A DNA stretch of 58,487 nt from Malacoraja senta (lineage: Eukaryota), in NCBI GenBank assembly GCA_038087875.1, contig JAXLNO010000353.1:1-58487 (forward strand). The letters run 5' to 3'. The translations under genes and the position numbers were made by a program. Below the pieces are notes generated by a model. It searched no databases. It saw nothing but the letters and a program-made list of their open reading frames with translations, and was not told where the DNA came from. Below, piece by piece: positions 23,791 through 37,900 of the stretch; positions within the stretch are counted from its first letter, which is position 1, and each line of letters begins with the position of its first letter.

Positions 23791-25613
23791 GGCTTATACC
23801 TAATCTAGTCTGAACTATATCCTGCCTTTTCCCGAGGTTATCATACTCTGTCCTACATTCTGAAGTATTTTTTAAAATCTCTCTCTCTCTCTCTTACATC
23901 GCTTTTCACTTATGGAACAATACCAACAAATCCTCCTTTAAATCCTTTTCTCTCTTGGGGACCCCAGTCCTGTTAGGGCTTATATCCAGATTAATTTCAC
24001 TCCTGATAGGACTTTTTGAGGAAACGTTCCCCAAAGACATTCATTATTGGCATGTAATTCTCTGGCCCTGCTTGGTTCCGTCATAGGACTCACTTGTCTT
24101 TTCAACCAGGTCCATTGTTTATTGACAACAGCTCCTCCTGCTGGTTTGCAAGTCTTTTTCCTATCTTTGCGATATTTCACGACTGCAGAGACCAACTGTT
24201 CGCTGAATCGGGGGTGGGAAATTAATGACAATCTCACCACCTTCTCCAATCTGCTTGACTTTAAGAAGAATGACATCCACCACAGTAGTTCATAATATAA
24301 TGTTCATCAATCAACTCTCCACCTTTTCAGCTGGTTTTTCAGATAGCCTGCTGGATTACATTGTCTGAGGGCCTGCCATACCCTCTGCCTGACTGTGTCA
24401 AACAGTATGCCATTGCTTATTACATTGTTCGCATCAGTTTATACCATCCATCTTCAGTAGTTCTGTCACTTTTACCAACAGTGCCTTCAAATCTTCCGTG
24501 GTCAATAATCGTCCCACGTTCTCCTCCTCCAAAGCCCTAATCCATTTCCTCCCCCATCAGGGATATAGGGTGAGGTGATTTTTTAGCCCTCTCAGTTTAT
24601 GGGTGCCCCAAGGGATAATCTGTGTCTGTCCTTCTCTTTTCTCTTTAAAGCAGTCTCATCACTTTATCCCAATGCTTCCAACTTTAATCCTTTCTGGTAT
24701 GCCTTCTTTCTTATTCTAAACTCAATTTCTTGCTTCTCAAATATTCTAGCCTCCTTGCAAATTCATTCACCTTTCTTTTTTAAATCTTCCACTGACTCCT
24801 CCTGCTTTATTACTTTCACGCCTGTCGTTTTTCTACTTCTGTTATCTTCTAACTGCCTCTCTCCTTCCTTTCTAAACTTGAATGTTTACCAATGAACTTA
24901 TTTCCAATTATTTCAATCCATATTCACCACTATTTTAAATGTCCAATTCCCAGCACTAGTAACAATTTCCCAAATTAACTTTACTGACTAGAAATCTAAA
25001 AGAACATCAGAAAAACCAAAAGCTGATTTTACAACTTCCCCTTCTAGGTTACGAGGATACAAACAGTTAATCGTTATCTTACAGCTGTTCGTCGCCTTTC
25101 ACCATGACCTAATTTATTTAAAGGAACATACACCTACCTACAGTGGACATTTTTGATTCTAATAAAACTTACTTACTTACTTACTTACTCTTACAATGTG
25201 GTCTACAAATACAATATAATTATCACATATATAAAATCCCTGGGTATTTCCTTGCCCCCAGAGGCTCAGCATTCGCCCCAACGGACTATCAGGCAGAATG
25301 CGGCTTTACCGCCCTTCCCCTCCCTTTTGGGCTTTCCGTTTTCATTGCCCATCCTCTCGATCGGAATTTCCCCCGATCTATTTAATCGCCCGAGTAGTAC
25401 TTAATAGTCGTTTTCTTACCCGGGTCCTGTGCACAAGAATCACTCGATTTGGCTCCTCGCGATTTCCAACTACTCCCACTTGTTTCTCTAATCTCTGGTC
25501 TGGGATATCACTCGCTCAAACCGCTGATGGCAAGCAAGGGGTCCAGGGCCGCTGAATCAGCGGGGTGCACCGTCCTTTCTCCCGTATACCACCGCCAGCT
25601 GGCCGGAGTGGCG

Positions 25614-25632
25614 ATCCCAAGACGAGCCCCCA
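25614..25632 (-). other. ERV primer-binding site, tRNA-Pro type
   Basis: TGGGGGCTCGTCTTGGGAT vs canonical TGGGGGCTCGTCCGGGAT, 4 nt after the LTR end. Confidence 0.85.
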
Positions 25633-25636
25633 GGCT

Positions 25637-26111
25637 TGTGAGGTGCAGAAAGTGAGTGCTCACAATCACGATGCTAGAGAAATGAGAGAAACAAGTTTAT
25701 TTATTAGCAAGTCTGCAGAGTCGGGTGCCTCCCCTGTCGAGACACACCGAGGTCGGGAAAGCCACTCTCTTTTATCCATATCATTTTACATTTGTTACAT
25801 CTTTATTCCTCCCCTTCGGGCTCCTTTCAAATCAGAGCACTGAGGTGCACAATCTACCGGTCCCGCCCCTGGTGCCTCCCACATCATACATCGCATGTGC
25901 ATTTAAATCAGACATCTTGTCATGATGGGTGTGTTTGCAATATTCATTTGTCTCATTACCCATGCGCACTAGAGAGTTGTTCATGCCCTTTACCCCAGTT
26001 CTTCCTGGACTGTCGCTATCTCCTTTTTTTCATCCTTGAAGCTCATCTACTCTCTACAATACAAAGGGTTCTTAGTCTAAATCAACTATATCTATTAACC
26101 CCTTCCTCACA
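25637..26111 (-). repeat. ERV 5' LTR (~475 bp)
   Basis: TGTGAGG...CCTCACA inverted termini; AATAAA on minus near 25697; adjacent PBS. Confidence 0.85.
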
Positions 26112-28734
26112 ACATCTTCTGTAGAGAAAGGTACGTTTTTGGAAGGAACATAGTGCAACAAATGTGTGACTCCAGGATGACACGGCCCATTGTGAAGATC
26201 AGTGAGTGCAGAAGAATGAACAGAGGCACAAAATGCTCGAGTTAATGTATCTGGAGCAACATTATCCTTACCAGGGCGGTACTCAATTGAATAACTATAT
26301 GCAGATAATTCAATCCTCCATTCATGAATGTTACTGTTTTTAATCTTCGTTCGTTTCCGATTATCCAGCATAAAAGCTACTGAACGCTGATCTGTTATCA
26401 AAGTGAAGTGCTGGCGAGCAAGGAAATGACTCCATTTCCTCACTGCTTCAATAATTGGTGTAGCTACCTTTTCGACGGGAGGGTAGTGCAATTCAATACC
26501 TTGGAGAGTACGTGACATGAAAGCCACTGGTCGTCCTCCTTGATTTAATGTTGCTGATACTGCTAAATCAGAGGCATCACATTCAACAACAAAGGGGAGA
26601 TCTTCATCGATGGCGTGTAATGTCGCAGATTCTAATTGTTTCTTTAAAGAAGTAAAGGCACCAATTGCTGTAGAGTCAAGGGGGAAAGATTTTGTTCTAA
26701 TCAAAGGTTGAATTTTGTCAGCAAAATTTGGTGTCCATTGAGCATAATATGCAAACATCCAAAGAACCCTTCGTAGAGAGTGTAATGTGACTGGAACAGG
26801 GATCTCTTGGAGTGGGCAGAGTCTTTCTGGATCAGGCTGGATTATATCATTTCCATCCCAATAACCAAGAATATTAATTGTTGACACTGATGTTATTAAC
26901 TTTGCCTCATTTAATGTTAGATGTTTAGAATGTACAACATCTAAAAACCGTTGTACATTTTCACCATGTTCAGCTTGGTCTTTTCCAGCAATAGTTAAAT
27001 TATCAAGATAAGGGAAAGTATCTTTAAGGTTTTCTTGTTCAACAAGTTTGTCCATCTCTCTCTGAAAAACAGCCACGCCATTAGTTACACCAAAAGGAAC
27101 TCTGCAGTGGTGATATAATTTCCCATTTGCTTCAAACGCAGTGTATTTCTTCTCTGATTCCTTCAAAGGAATTTGGTAGTCAGCACTTTTTAAGTCAAAA
27201 GTAGAGAATATCTTATAATTAGCTAATGTATTGATAATCTCTTCTATACGAGGTAGTGGATATGCATCAAGATCCATGAACTGGTTTATAGAGTAATCAA
27301 TGCAGAGTCTCTTTCTATGTCTCTCCAAGGGGTCCTTAACCACGACAACTTGTGCCCTCCAAGGGGAAGAGCTGGGTTCTATGATACCTTCTTGTAAAAG
27401 ATTAGTTACTTCTGTGTTGATAAAGTTCCTATCATCTTTACTAAAATGTCTTGATTTTGTAGCAATTGGCTTGCACTTGGAGGATAAATTAGTGAATAAT
27501 GAAGGACATTCAAAAGGTGCAGCAGAAAAAACACACAATACTGGTGGCTTTGACAATACAAGATCAGGCATAGTTCCTTCAGACATTATTTGAAGTGATC
27601 TGTGCTGTTTCTGAAAATCCTGACCTAGAATTATATCGCTACACAAATTTTTCAAAATACCAAGACATACAGATTTATAGCTAGTTTTGTTCAGAATAAA
27701 GTCTACAATACAAGATCCAATAATTTGAGTATTGAGAGTTGTCAGAGCCATCGAGATTTCTCTATTTGAAGGAATTATAGTTAGATTTAGTCGAGACACA
27801 ACTTGTTCACTTATAAAATGTTCTGAACTGCCAGAATCAAGTAATACATTAAGTGTATGGCCATTGATGGATAACATTGTATCTGCATGAGACAAGCTCT
27901 GAGGAAATGCAGCTATAATTACACATAAAGAAGGCATATACATGGCAGCAGTCACACTTTTAGTAGTTGCTTTGGACTTGCATACTCTAGAAAAATGTCC
28001 CTTCTTGCCACAACTATTACAAGTTGCCTCTTGAGCAGGGCATCTCTCTCTCTTATGAATATTACCCCCGCAAAAGTAACACTTCCTTTTTGAATAATGA
28101 TATACTGCAGCAAGGTCTCCTTTATCAGTAGAAATTGTTTCAGCTTGCTCCATATTAGTACTTGGGTGAAATTCTTTTGTAGTAGTTGCAGCAGAATACA
28201 CATTAGATGAGTCATATGCATCACAATGTTTCTGAGCCAAGTCTAATAAGCTTGATTGTAAGCTGACTGTAAAGCCAAGGTTTTGTTTTCTAATAGTTTC
28301 TGTCGTATTAAAGGCGATGCCAAACCATTGATAAAAGAGTCTCGAATAAGTTCCTGTCGATATTGATCAGCCGTAACTACTTTGAATGGACAGTCTTTAC
28401 TAACTCTTTGAAGTACTTGTGAAAATTCATCAATTGACTCACCAGGTTTTTGTTTCCGAGTACCAAGGAGGTGCCGAGCGAATATCACATTGGGTGTCTT
28501 AACGAAGAGACTGCTTAGTACATCAATAGCAGAAACATAAGTTGTACATTCCACTATGTAATCATATACATCAGAAGAGACGAAGCTTATTAATGTCTTG
28601 AGTCTGTCTGGTGCATCATTGCCACACTCATCAAAGAAGTTATTTAATATACGAAGCCAGTGCTTCCATTCCTTTGCAGTAGCAGGTGAGTTGGGATCCA
28701 GATCCAAGCGTTGTGGTTTCAATAGTTTCTCCAT
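26112..28734 (-). pseudogene. Ty3/Gypsy (Mag-like) gag-pol, frameshift near 28243, truncated in the integrase Zn finger
   Basis: Gag LDLDPNS..A.KEWKHW; two CCHC knuckles; protease LLDSGSS; RT DAYPLP, PFGV.N, YLDN; RNase H ECDAS, TDQRS; IN LH..CHPG. Confidence 0.9.
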
Positions 28735-28768
28735 CCCAAGTCGGACTGCTAAGATAAGTTGCTTATAT

Positions 28769-28850
28769 TGTTGCGAGGCAAATGAAACTTTTCACTACTC
28801 AAAATTTACTTAACTTTATTTAAGCTTTAAGCAACTTATTTCTTTAATAC
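28769..28850 (-). repeat. Gypsy 5' LTR 3' portion (R-U5)
   Basis: AATAAA at 28815-28820 (minus), ends ...CAACA 35 nt before the gag ATG; 5' part not found. Confidence 0.6.
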
Positions 28851-28859
28851 ATAAACTCA

Positions 28860-28995
28860 GAAACGTCTGGCAAACATGGCTGATTCCGCAGGCCTTTCCC
28901 GCCCGAAATACCTCGCACATGCGCACACTCCGGAAAAGTCTTGTACATGCGCACACTCTAGAAGAGCCCCGCACCTGCGCACATGCGCCCACTTC
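28860..28995. promoter_or_regulatory. CpG-rich head of the satellite with repeated NRF1-like motifs
   Basis: Three ACATGCGC/GCGCA motifs and a YY1-like AAACATGGC. Confidence 0.35.
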
Positions 28996-31900
28996 AGTTT
29001 GAAACTGCAAAAGGTTTGCTTTGAAAATGCAAAAGGTGTGCTTTGAAAACGCAAATGGTGGTTTGGTTTGAAAATGCAAATGGTGGTCTGGTTTGGAATT
29101 GCAAAAGGTTTGGTTTGAAAATGCAAAAGGTTTACTTTTAAAATGCAAAAGGTGGTTTCCTTTGAAAATGCAAAAATTGATTTGCTTTGAAAATGCAAAA
29201 GGTGGTTCGGTTTTGAAATGCAAAAGATTTGGTTTGAAAATGCAAAAGGTTTGGTTTGAAAATGCAAAAGGTTTGGTTTGAAAATGCAAAAGGTTTGCTT
29301 TGAAAATGCAAAAGGTGGTATTCTTTGAAAATGCAATTGTTAGTTTGCTTTGAAAATGCAAGAATGGTTTGCTTTGAAAATGCAAAAGTGGTTTTGCTTT
29401 GAAAATGCAAAATGTGGTTTGCTTTGAAAATACAAAAGGTGGTTTGCCTTGAGAATGCAAAAAGTTTGCTTTGAAAATGCAAAGGGTTTGCTTTGAAAAT
29501 GCAAAAGGTGGTTTGGTTTGAAAATGCAAAAGGTGATTTGCTTTATGGAAAATGTGGCTGGCTTTGAAAATGCAAAAGGTGGTTTTCTTTCAAAATGTAA
29601 AAATGTAGTTTTGTTTGAAAATGCAAATGGTGGTTTGGTTTAGAAAAGCAAAAGGTAGTTTGGATTGGAAATGCAAAAGGATGGCTTTGAAATTACAAAA
29701 GGTTTTCTTTGAAAATGCAAAAGGTGCTTTGCTTAGAAAATGCAAAATGTGGTTTACTTTGAAAATGCAAAAGCTGGTTTTCTTTGAAAATGCTAAAGAT
29801 TTGATTTGGAAATGCAAAAGGTTTTGTTTGAAAATGCAAAAGGTTTGCTTTGAAAATGCAAAATGTGGTTTGCTTTAAAAATGCAAAAGGTGGTTTTCTT
29901 TGAAAATGCAAAAGGTGGTTTGCTTTGAAAATGCACAAGGGTTTACTGAAAATGCAAAAGGTTTGCTTTGAAAATGCAAATAGTGGTTTGCTTTGAAGGG
30001 CAAATGGTGCTTTGCTTTGAAAATGCAAAACATGGTTTGCTTTGAAAATGCAAAAGGTGGTTTGCTTTGAAAATGCAAATGGTGGTTTGCTTTGAAAATG
30101 CAAAAGATGGTTTGCTTTGAAATGCCAAAAGGCGGTTTGCTTTGAAAATGCAAATGTGGATTTCTTTGAAAATGCAAAAGGTCATTTGTTTTGATAATGC
30201 AAAAAGTTATTTGCTTTGAAAATGCAAAAGTTGGTTTGCTGGTTTGCATTGAAAATGCAAAAGGTGGTTTGCTTTGAAAATGCAAAAGGTGGTGTGCTTT
30301 GAAAATGCAAAAGGTGGTTTGCTTTAAAAATGCAAAAGGAGGTTTGCTTTGAAAATGCAAAAGGTGGTTTGCTTTGAAAATGCAAAAGGTGGTATGCTAT
30401 GAAAATGCAAAAAGGTTTGCTAAAAATGCAGTAGATTGTTTGCTTTGAAAATGGAAAAGGTGGTTTGCTTTGAAAATGCAAAAGGTGGTTTGCTTTTAAA
30501 ATGCAAAAAATGTGGTTTGCTTTGAAAATGCAAAAGGTGGTTTGCTTTGAAAATACAAAAGGTGGTTTGCTTTGAAAATGCAAAAGGTGGCTTGCTTTTA
30601 ATATGCAAATGGTGGTTTGTTTTGAAAATGCAAAAGGTGGTTTACCTTGAAAATGCAAAAGGTGGTTTGCTTTGCAAATGCAAATGGTGGTTTGCTTTGA
30701 AAATGTAAAAGGTGGTTTGCTTTGAAAATGCAAAAGGTGGTTTGCTGGTTTGCATAGAAAATGCAAAAGCTGCTTTTTAATGGAAATGCAAAAGGTGGTT
30801 TGCTTTGAAAATGAAAAGATGGTATGCTTTGAAAATGCAAAAGGTGGTTTGCTTTGAAAATGCAAAAGGTTTGCTTTGAAAATGCAAAGGGTTAGGTTGA
30901 AAATGCAAAAGGTTAGCTTTAAAAAAGCAGTAGATGATTTACTTTGAAAATGGGAAAGGCGGATTGAAAATGCAAAAGGTGGTTTCCTTTGAAAATGCAA
31001 AAAGGTTTGCTTTAAAAATGCAGTAGATGGTTTGCTTTGAAAATGGAAAAGGTGGTTTGCTTTGAAAATGCAAAAGGTGGTTTGCTTTGAAAATGCAAAA
31101 AGGTTTGATTTTATAATGCAGTAGATGGTTTGCTTGAAAATGGAAAAGGTGGTTTGCTTTGAAAATGCAAAAGATGGTTTGCTTTGAAATTGCAAAAATG
31201 TGGTTTGCTTTGAAAATGCAAAATGTGGTTTGCTTTGAAAATACAAAACGTGGTTTGATTTGAAAATGCAAAAACTGGCTTGCTTTTAATATGCAAATGG
31301 TGGTTTGCTTTGAAAATGCAAAAGGTGGTTTGCTTTTAAAAATGCAAAAGGTGGTTTGCTGGTTTGCATTGAAAATGCAAAAGCTGCTTTTTAATTGAAA
31401 TGCAAATGGTGGATTGCTTTGAAAATGCAAAAGATGGTATGCTTTGAAAATGCAAAAGGTGGTTTGCTTTGAAAATGCCAAAGGTGGTTTGCTTTGAATA
31501 TGAAAAAGCTGGTTTGCTTTGAAAATGCTAAAGGTTTGCTTTGAAAATGCAAAGGGTTTACTTTGAAAATGCAAAAGGTTTGCTTTGAAAATGCAAATAA
31601 TGGTTTGCTTTGAAGGGTAAATGGTGGTTTGCTATGAAAATGCAAACGTGGGTTTGCTTTGAAATTGCAAAAAGTGGTTTGCTTTGAAAATGCAAATGGT
31701 GGTTTGCTATGAAAAGGCAAAAGGTGGTTTGCTATAAAAATGCCAAAAGGAGGTTTGCTTTCAAAATGCAAAATGTGGTTTTCTTTCAAAATGCAAAAGG
31801 TCGTTTGCTTTGAAAATGCAAAAGGTTTGCTATGAAAATGCAAAAGTTGGTTTGCTGGTTTGCATTGAAAATGAAAAAGGTGGTTTGCTTTGAAAATACA

Positions 31901-34900
31901 CAAGGTGGTTTGCTTTGAAAATGCAAAAGGTGGTTTGCTTTGAAAATGCAAAGGGTGGTTTGTTTTGAAATAGCAAAAAGTGGTTTGCTTTGAAAATGCA
32001 AAAGATGGTATGCTTTGAAAATGCAAAAAGGTTTGCTTTAAAAAAGCAGTAGATGGTTTACTTTCAAAATGGAAAAGGTGGATTGAAAATGCAAAAGGTG
32101 GATTGAAAATGCAAAAGGTGGTTTCCTTTGAAAATGCAAAAAGTTTTGCTTTAAAAATGCAGTAGATGGTTTGCTTTGAAAATGGAAAAGGTGGTTTGCT
32201 TTGAAAATGCAAAAGGTGGTTTGCTTTGAAAATGCAAAAAGGTTTGATTTTATAATGCAGTAGATGGTTTGCTTGAAAATGGAAAAGGTGGTTTGCTTTG
32301 AAAATGCAAAAGATGGTTTACTTTGAAATTGCAAAAAATTGGTTTGCTTTGAAAATGCAAAATGTGGTTTGCTTTGAAAATACAAAACGTGGTTTGATTT
32401 GAAAATGCAAAATGTGGCTTGCTTTTAATATGCAAATGGTGGTTTGCTTTGAAAATGCAAAAGGTGGTTTGCTTTTAAAAATGCAAAAGGTGGTTTGCTT
32501 TGAAAATGCAAATGTTGGTTTTCATTGAAAATGCAAAAGGTGGTTTGCTTTGAAAATGCAAATGTTGGTTTTCATTGAAAATGCAAAATGTGGTTTGGTA
32601 TAAAAATGCCAAAAAGTGGTTTGCTTTGAAAATGCAAAAGGTGGTTTGCTTTGAAAATGCAAAAGGTGGTTTGTTTTGAAATAGCAAAAAGTGTTTTGCT
32701 TTGAAAATGCAAAAGGTGGTTTGCTTTGAAAATACAAAAGGTGTTTGCTTTGAAAATGCAAAAGGTGGCTTGCTTTTAATATGCAAAAGATGGTTTGCTT
32801 TTAAAATGCAAAAGGTGTTTTGGTTTTAAAATGCAAAAGGTGGTTTGGTTTTAAAATGGAAATGTTGGTTTGCTTTGAAAATGCAAATGGTGGTTTGCTT
32901 TGAAAATGTAAAAGGTGTTTTGCTTTGAAAATGCAATAGGTGGTTTGGTATAAAAATGCCCCAAAGTGGTTTGTTTTGAAAATGCAAAAGGTGGTTTGCT
33001 TTGGAAATGCAAAAGGTCGTTTGTTTCCAAAATGCAAATGGTCGTTTGCTTTAAAAATGCAAAAGGTGGTTTGCTTTGAAAATGCAAAAGGTGGTTTGCT
33101 TTGAAAATACAAAATGTGCTTTGCTTTGAAAATGCAAAAGGTGATTTGCTTTGAAAATGCAAAGGTGGTTTGCCATGAAAATGCAAAAGGTGGTTTGCTT
33201 AGAGTGGGTGGTTTGCTTTGAAAATGCATAAGGTGGCTTGCATTGAAGATGCAAACGGTTGTTTGCTTTGAAATTGCAAAAAGTGCTTTGCTTTGAAAAT
33301 GCAAAACGTGGTTTGCTTTGAAATGCAAAAGGTGGTTCGCTTTGAAAATTCAAAGCGTGGTTTGCTTTGAAAATGCAAAAGGTGGTTTGCTTTGAAAATG
33401 CAAAAGGTCGTTTGCTTTGAAAATGCAAAAGGTGGTTTGCTGTTTGCATTGAAAATGCAAAAGGTGTTTTAGTTTGAAAATGGAAAAGATGGTTTGCTTT
33501 GAAAATGCAAAAGGTGATTTGCTTTGAAAATGCTAAATGTGGTTTGCTTTGAAAATGCAAAAAGTGGTTTGCTTTGAAAATGCAAAAGGTCGTTTGCATT
33601 GAAAGTGCAAAAGGTAGTTTGCTTTGAAAATGTTAAATGTGGTTTGATTTGAAAATGCAAAAAAGTGGTTTGGTTTGAAAATGCAAAAGGTCGTTTGCTT
33701 TGTAAATGCTATAAGTGGTTTGCTTTGAAAATGCAAAAGGTGCTTTGCTTTGAAATTGCAAAAGGTGGTTTGCTTTGAAATTGCAAAAGGTGGTTTGCTT
33801 TGAAAATGCGAAAAACAATTGCTTTGAAAATGCAAAAGGTGGTTTGTTTTGAAAATGCAAAAGGTGGTTTGCTTTGAAAATGCAAAAGGTGGTTTGCTTT
33901 GAAAATGCAAGAGGTGGTTTGCTTTGTAAATGCAAAAGGTGGTTTGCTTTGAAAAGGTGGTTTGCTTTGAAAATGCATAAGGTGGTTTGCTTTGAAAATG
34001 CAAAAGATGGTTAGCTTTGAAAATGCAAAAAGGTTTGCTTTGAAAATGCAAAAGGTGGTTTGCTTTATAAATGCAAAAGTTGGTTTGCTTTGAAAAGGTG
34101 GTTTGCTTTGAAAATGCATAAGGTGGTTTGCTTTGAAAATGCAAAAAGGTTTGCTTTGAAAATCCAAAAGATGGTTTGCTTTGAAAATGCAAATGGTGGT
34201 TCGCTTTGAAAAGGTGGTTTGCTTTGAAAATGCAAAAGGTGGTTTGCCATGAAAATGCAAAAGGTGGTTTGCTTTGAAAATGCATTAGGTGGTTTGCATT
34301 GAAAATGCATAACGTTGTTTGCTTTGAAATTGCACAAAGTGGTTTGCTTTGAAAATGCAAAACGTGGTTTGCTTTGAAATGCAAAAGGTGGTTTGCTTTG
34401 AAAATTCAAAATGTGGTTTGCTTTGAAAATGCAAAAAGTGGTTTGCTTTGAAAATGCAAAAGGTGGTTTGCTGTTTGCATTGAAAATGCAAAAGGTGTTT
34501 TATTTGAAAATGCAAAAGGTGGTTTGCTTTGAAAATGCAAAAGGTGATTTGCTTTGAAAATGCTAAATGTGGTTTGCTTTGAAAATGCAAAAAGTGGTTT
34601 GCTTTGAAAATGCAAAAGGTGGTGGGCTTTGAAAATGCAAAAGGTGATTTGCTTTGAAAATGCAAAAGGTCGTTTGCTTTGAAAATGCAAAAGGTCGTTT
34701 GCTTTGAAAATGCAAAAGGTAGTTTGCTTTGAAAATGTTAAAGGGGGTTTGCTTTGAAAATGCAAAAATGCGGTTTGCTTGAAAATGCAAAAGGTGGTTT
34801 GCTTTGAAAATGCTAAAACTGGTTTGCTTTGAAAATGCAAAAAGTGGTTTGCTTTGAAAATGCAAAAGGTGGTTTGCTGGGTTGCATTGAAATTGCAAAA

Positions 34901-37900
34901 GGTGGTTTGCTTTGAAAATGCAAAAGCTGGTTTGTTTTGAAAATGCGAAAAAAAATTGCTTTGAAAATGCAAAATGTTGTTTCTTTGAAAATGCAAAAGG
35001 TGGTTTGTATTTAAAATACAAAAGGTGGTTTGTTTTGAAAATGCAAAAGGTGGTTTACTTTGAAAATGCAAAAGGTGGTTTGCTTTGAAAATGCAAAAGG
35101 TGGTTTGCTTTGAAAATGCAAAAGCTGTTTTTTTTTGAAAATGCAAAAGGTGGTTTGCTTTGGAAATGCAAAAGGTCGTTTGTTTCCAAAATGCAAATGG
35201 TCGTTTGCTTTAAAAATGCAAAAGGTGGTTTGCTTTGAAAATGCAAAAGGTGGTTTGCTTTGAAAATACAAAATGTGCTTTGCTTTGAAAATGCAAAAGG
35301 TGATTTGCTTCGAAAATGCAAAGGTGGTTTGCCATGAAAATGCAAAAGGTGGTTTGCTTAGACTAGGTGGTTTGCTTTGAATATGCATAAGGTGGCTTGC
35401 ATTGAAGATGCAAAAGGTGGTTTGCTTTGAAAATGGAAAAGGTGGTTTGCTTTGAAAATGCAAAAGGTGGTTTGCTTTGAAAATGCAAAAAGGTTTGATT
35501 TTATAATGCAGTAGATGGTTTGCTTGAAAATGGAAAAGGTGGTTTGCTTTGAAAATGCAAAATGTGGTTTGATTTGAAAATACAAAACGTGGTTTGATTT
35601 GAAAATGCAAAAAGTGGCTTGCTTTTAATATGCAAATGGTGGTTTGCTTTGAAAATGCAAAAGGTGGTTTGCTTTTAAAAATGCAAAAGGTGGTTTGCTT
35701 TGAAAATGCAAATGTTGGTTTTCATTGAAAATGCAAAAGGTGGTTTGCTTTGAAAATGCAAATGTTGGTTTTCATTGAAAATGCAAAATGTGGTTTGGTA
35801 TAAAAATGCCAAAAAGTGGTTTGCTTTGAAAATGCAAAAGGTGGTTTGCTTTGAAAATGCAAAAGGTGGTTTGTTTTGAAATAGCAAAAAGTGTTTTGCT
35901 TTGAAAATGCAAAAGGTGGTTTGCTATGAAAATACAAAAGGTGTTTGCTTTGAAAATGCAAAAGGTGGCTTGCTTTTAATATGCAAAAGATGGTTTGCTT
36001 TTAAAATGCAAAAGGTGTTTTGGTTTTAAAATGCAAAAGGTGGTTTGGTTTTAAAATGGAAATGTTGGTTTGCTTTGAAAATGCAAATGGTGGTTTGCTT
36101 TGAAAATGTAAAAGGTGTTTTGCTTTGAAAATGCAATAGGTGGTTTGGTATAAAAATGCCCCAAAGTGGTTTGTTTTGAAAATGCAAAAGGTGGTTTGCT
36201 TTGGAAATGCAAAAGGTCGTTTGTTTCCAAAATGCAAATGGTCGTTTGCTTTAAAAATGCAAAAGGTGGTTTGCTTTGAAAATGCAAAAGGTGGTTTGCT
36301 TTGAAAATACAAAATGTGCTTTGCTTTGAAAATTCAAAAGGTGATTTGCTTTGAAAATGCAAAGGTGGTTTGCCATGAAAATGCAAAAGGTGGTTTGCTT
36401 AGACTGGGTGGTTTGCTTTGAAAATGCATAAGGTGGCTTGCATTGAAGATGCAAAAGGTTGTTTGCTTTGAAATTGCAAAAAGTGGTTTGCTTTGAAAAT
36501 GCAAAACGTGGTTTGCTTTGAAATGCAAAAGGTGGTTTGCTTTGAAAATTCAAAGCGTGGTTTGCTTTGAAAATGCAAAAGGTGGTTTGCTTTGAAAATG
36601 CAAAAGGTCGTTTGCTTTGCCAATGCAAAAGGTGGTTTGCTGTTTGCATTGAAAATGCAAACGGTGTTTTAGTTTGAAAATGGAAAAGGTGGTTTGCTTT
36701 GAAAATGCAAAAGGTGATTTGCTTTGAAAATGCTAAATGTGGTTTGCTTTGAAAATGCAAAAAGTGGTTTGCTTTGAAAATGCAAAAGGTCGCTTGCTTT
36801 GAAAGTGCAAAAGGTAGTTTGCTTTGAAAATGTTAAATGTGGTTTGATTTGAAAATGCAAAAAAGTGGTTTGGTTTGAAAATGCAAAAGGTCGTTTGCTT
36901 TGTAAATGATATAAGTGGTTTGCTTTGAAAATGCAAAAGGTGCTTTGCTTTGAAATTGCAAAAGGTGGTTTGCTTTGAAATTGCAAAAGGTGGTTTGCTT
37001 TGAAAATGCGAAAAATAATTGCTTTGAAAATGCAAAAGGTGGTTTGTTTTGAAAATGCAAAAGGTGCTTTGCTTTGAAAATGCAAAAGGTGGTTTGCTTT
37101 GAAAATGCAAAAGGTGGTTTGCTTTGTAAATGCAAAAGGTGGTTTGCTTTGAAAAGGTGGTTTGCTTTGAAAATGCATAAGGTGGTTTGCTTTGAAAATG
37201 CAAAAGATTGTTAGCTTTGAAAATGCAAAAAGGTTTGCTTTGAAAATCCAAAAGATGGTTTGCTTTGAAAATGCAAATGGTGGTTCGCTTTGAAAAGGTG
37301 GTTTGCTTTGAAAATGCAAAAGGTGGTTTGCCATGAAAATGCAAAAGGTGGTTTGCTTTGAAAATGCATTAGGTGGTTTGCATTGAAAATGTATAACGTT
37401 GTTTGCTTTGAAATTGCACAAAGTGGTTTGCTTTGAAAATGCAAAACGTGGTTTGCTTTGAAAATGCAAAAGGTGGTTTGCTTTGAAAATGCAAAAGGTG
37501 GTTTGCTTTGAAAATACAAAATGTGCTTTGCTTTGAAAATGCAAAAGGTGATTTGCTTTGAAAATGCAAAAGGTGGTTTGCCATGAAAATGCAAAAGGTG
37601 GTTTGCTTTGAAAATGCATTAGGTGGTTTGCATTGAAAATGCATAACGTTGTTTGCTTTGAAATTGCACAAAGTGGTTTGCTATGAAAATGCAAAACGTG
37701 GTTTGCTTTGAAATGCAAAAGGTGGTTTGCTTTGAAAATTCAAAATGTGGTTTGCTTTGAAAATGCAAAAAGTGGTTTGCTTTGAAAATGCAAAAGGTGG
37801 TTTGCTGTTTGCATTGAAAATGCAAAAGGTGTTTTATTTGAAAATGCAAAAGGTGGTTTGCTTTGAAAATGCAAAAGGTGATTTGCTTTGAAAATGCTAA

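Larger units (their letters stand above)
21188..26111 (-). mobile_element. Deleted class I (epsilon/gamma-like) endogenous retrovirus
   Basis: 5' LTR, tRNA-Pro PBS, degraded gag-like region, IN remnants and env remnant; no PR/RT recognised and no 3' LTR. Confidence 0.85.

Noticed and set aside
28236..28250. Programmed gag-pol frameshift
   Set aside because: No slippery heptamer, and the break precedes the gag zinc knuckles; more likely a small inactivating indel
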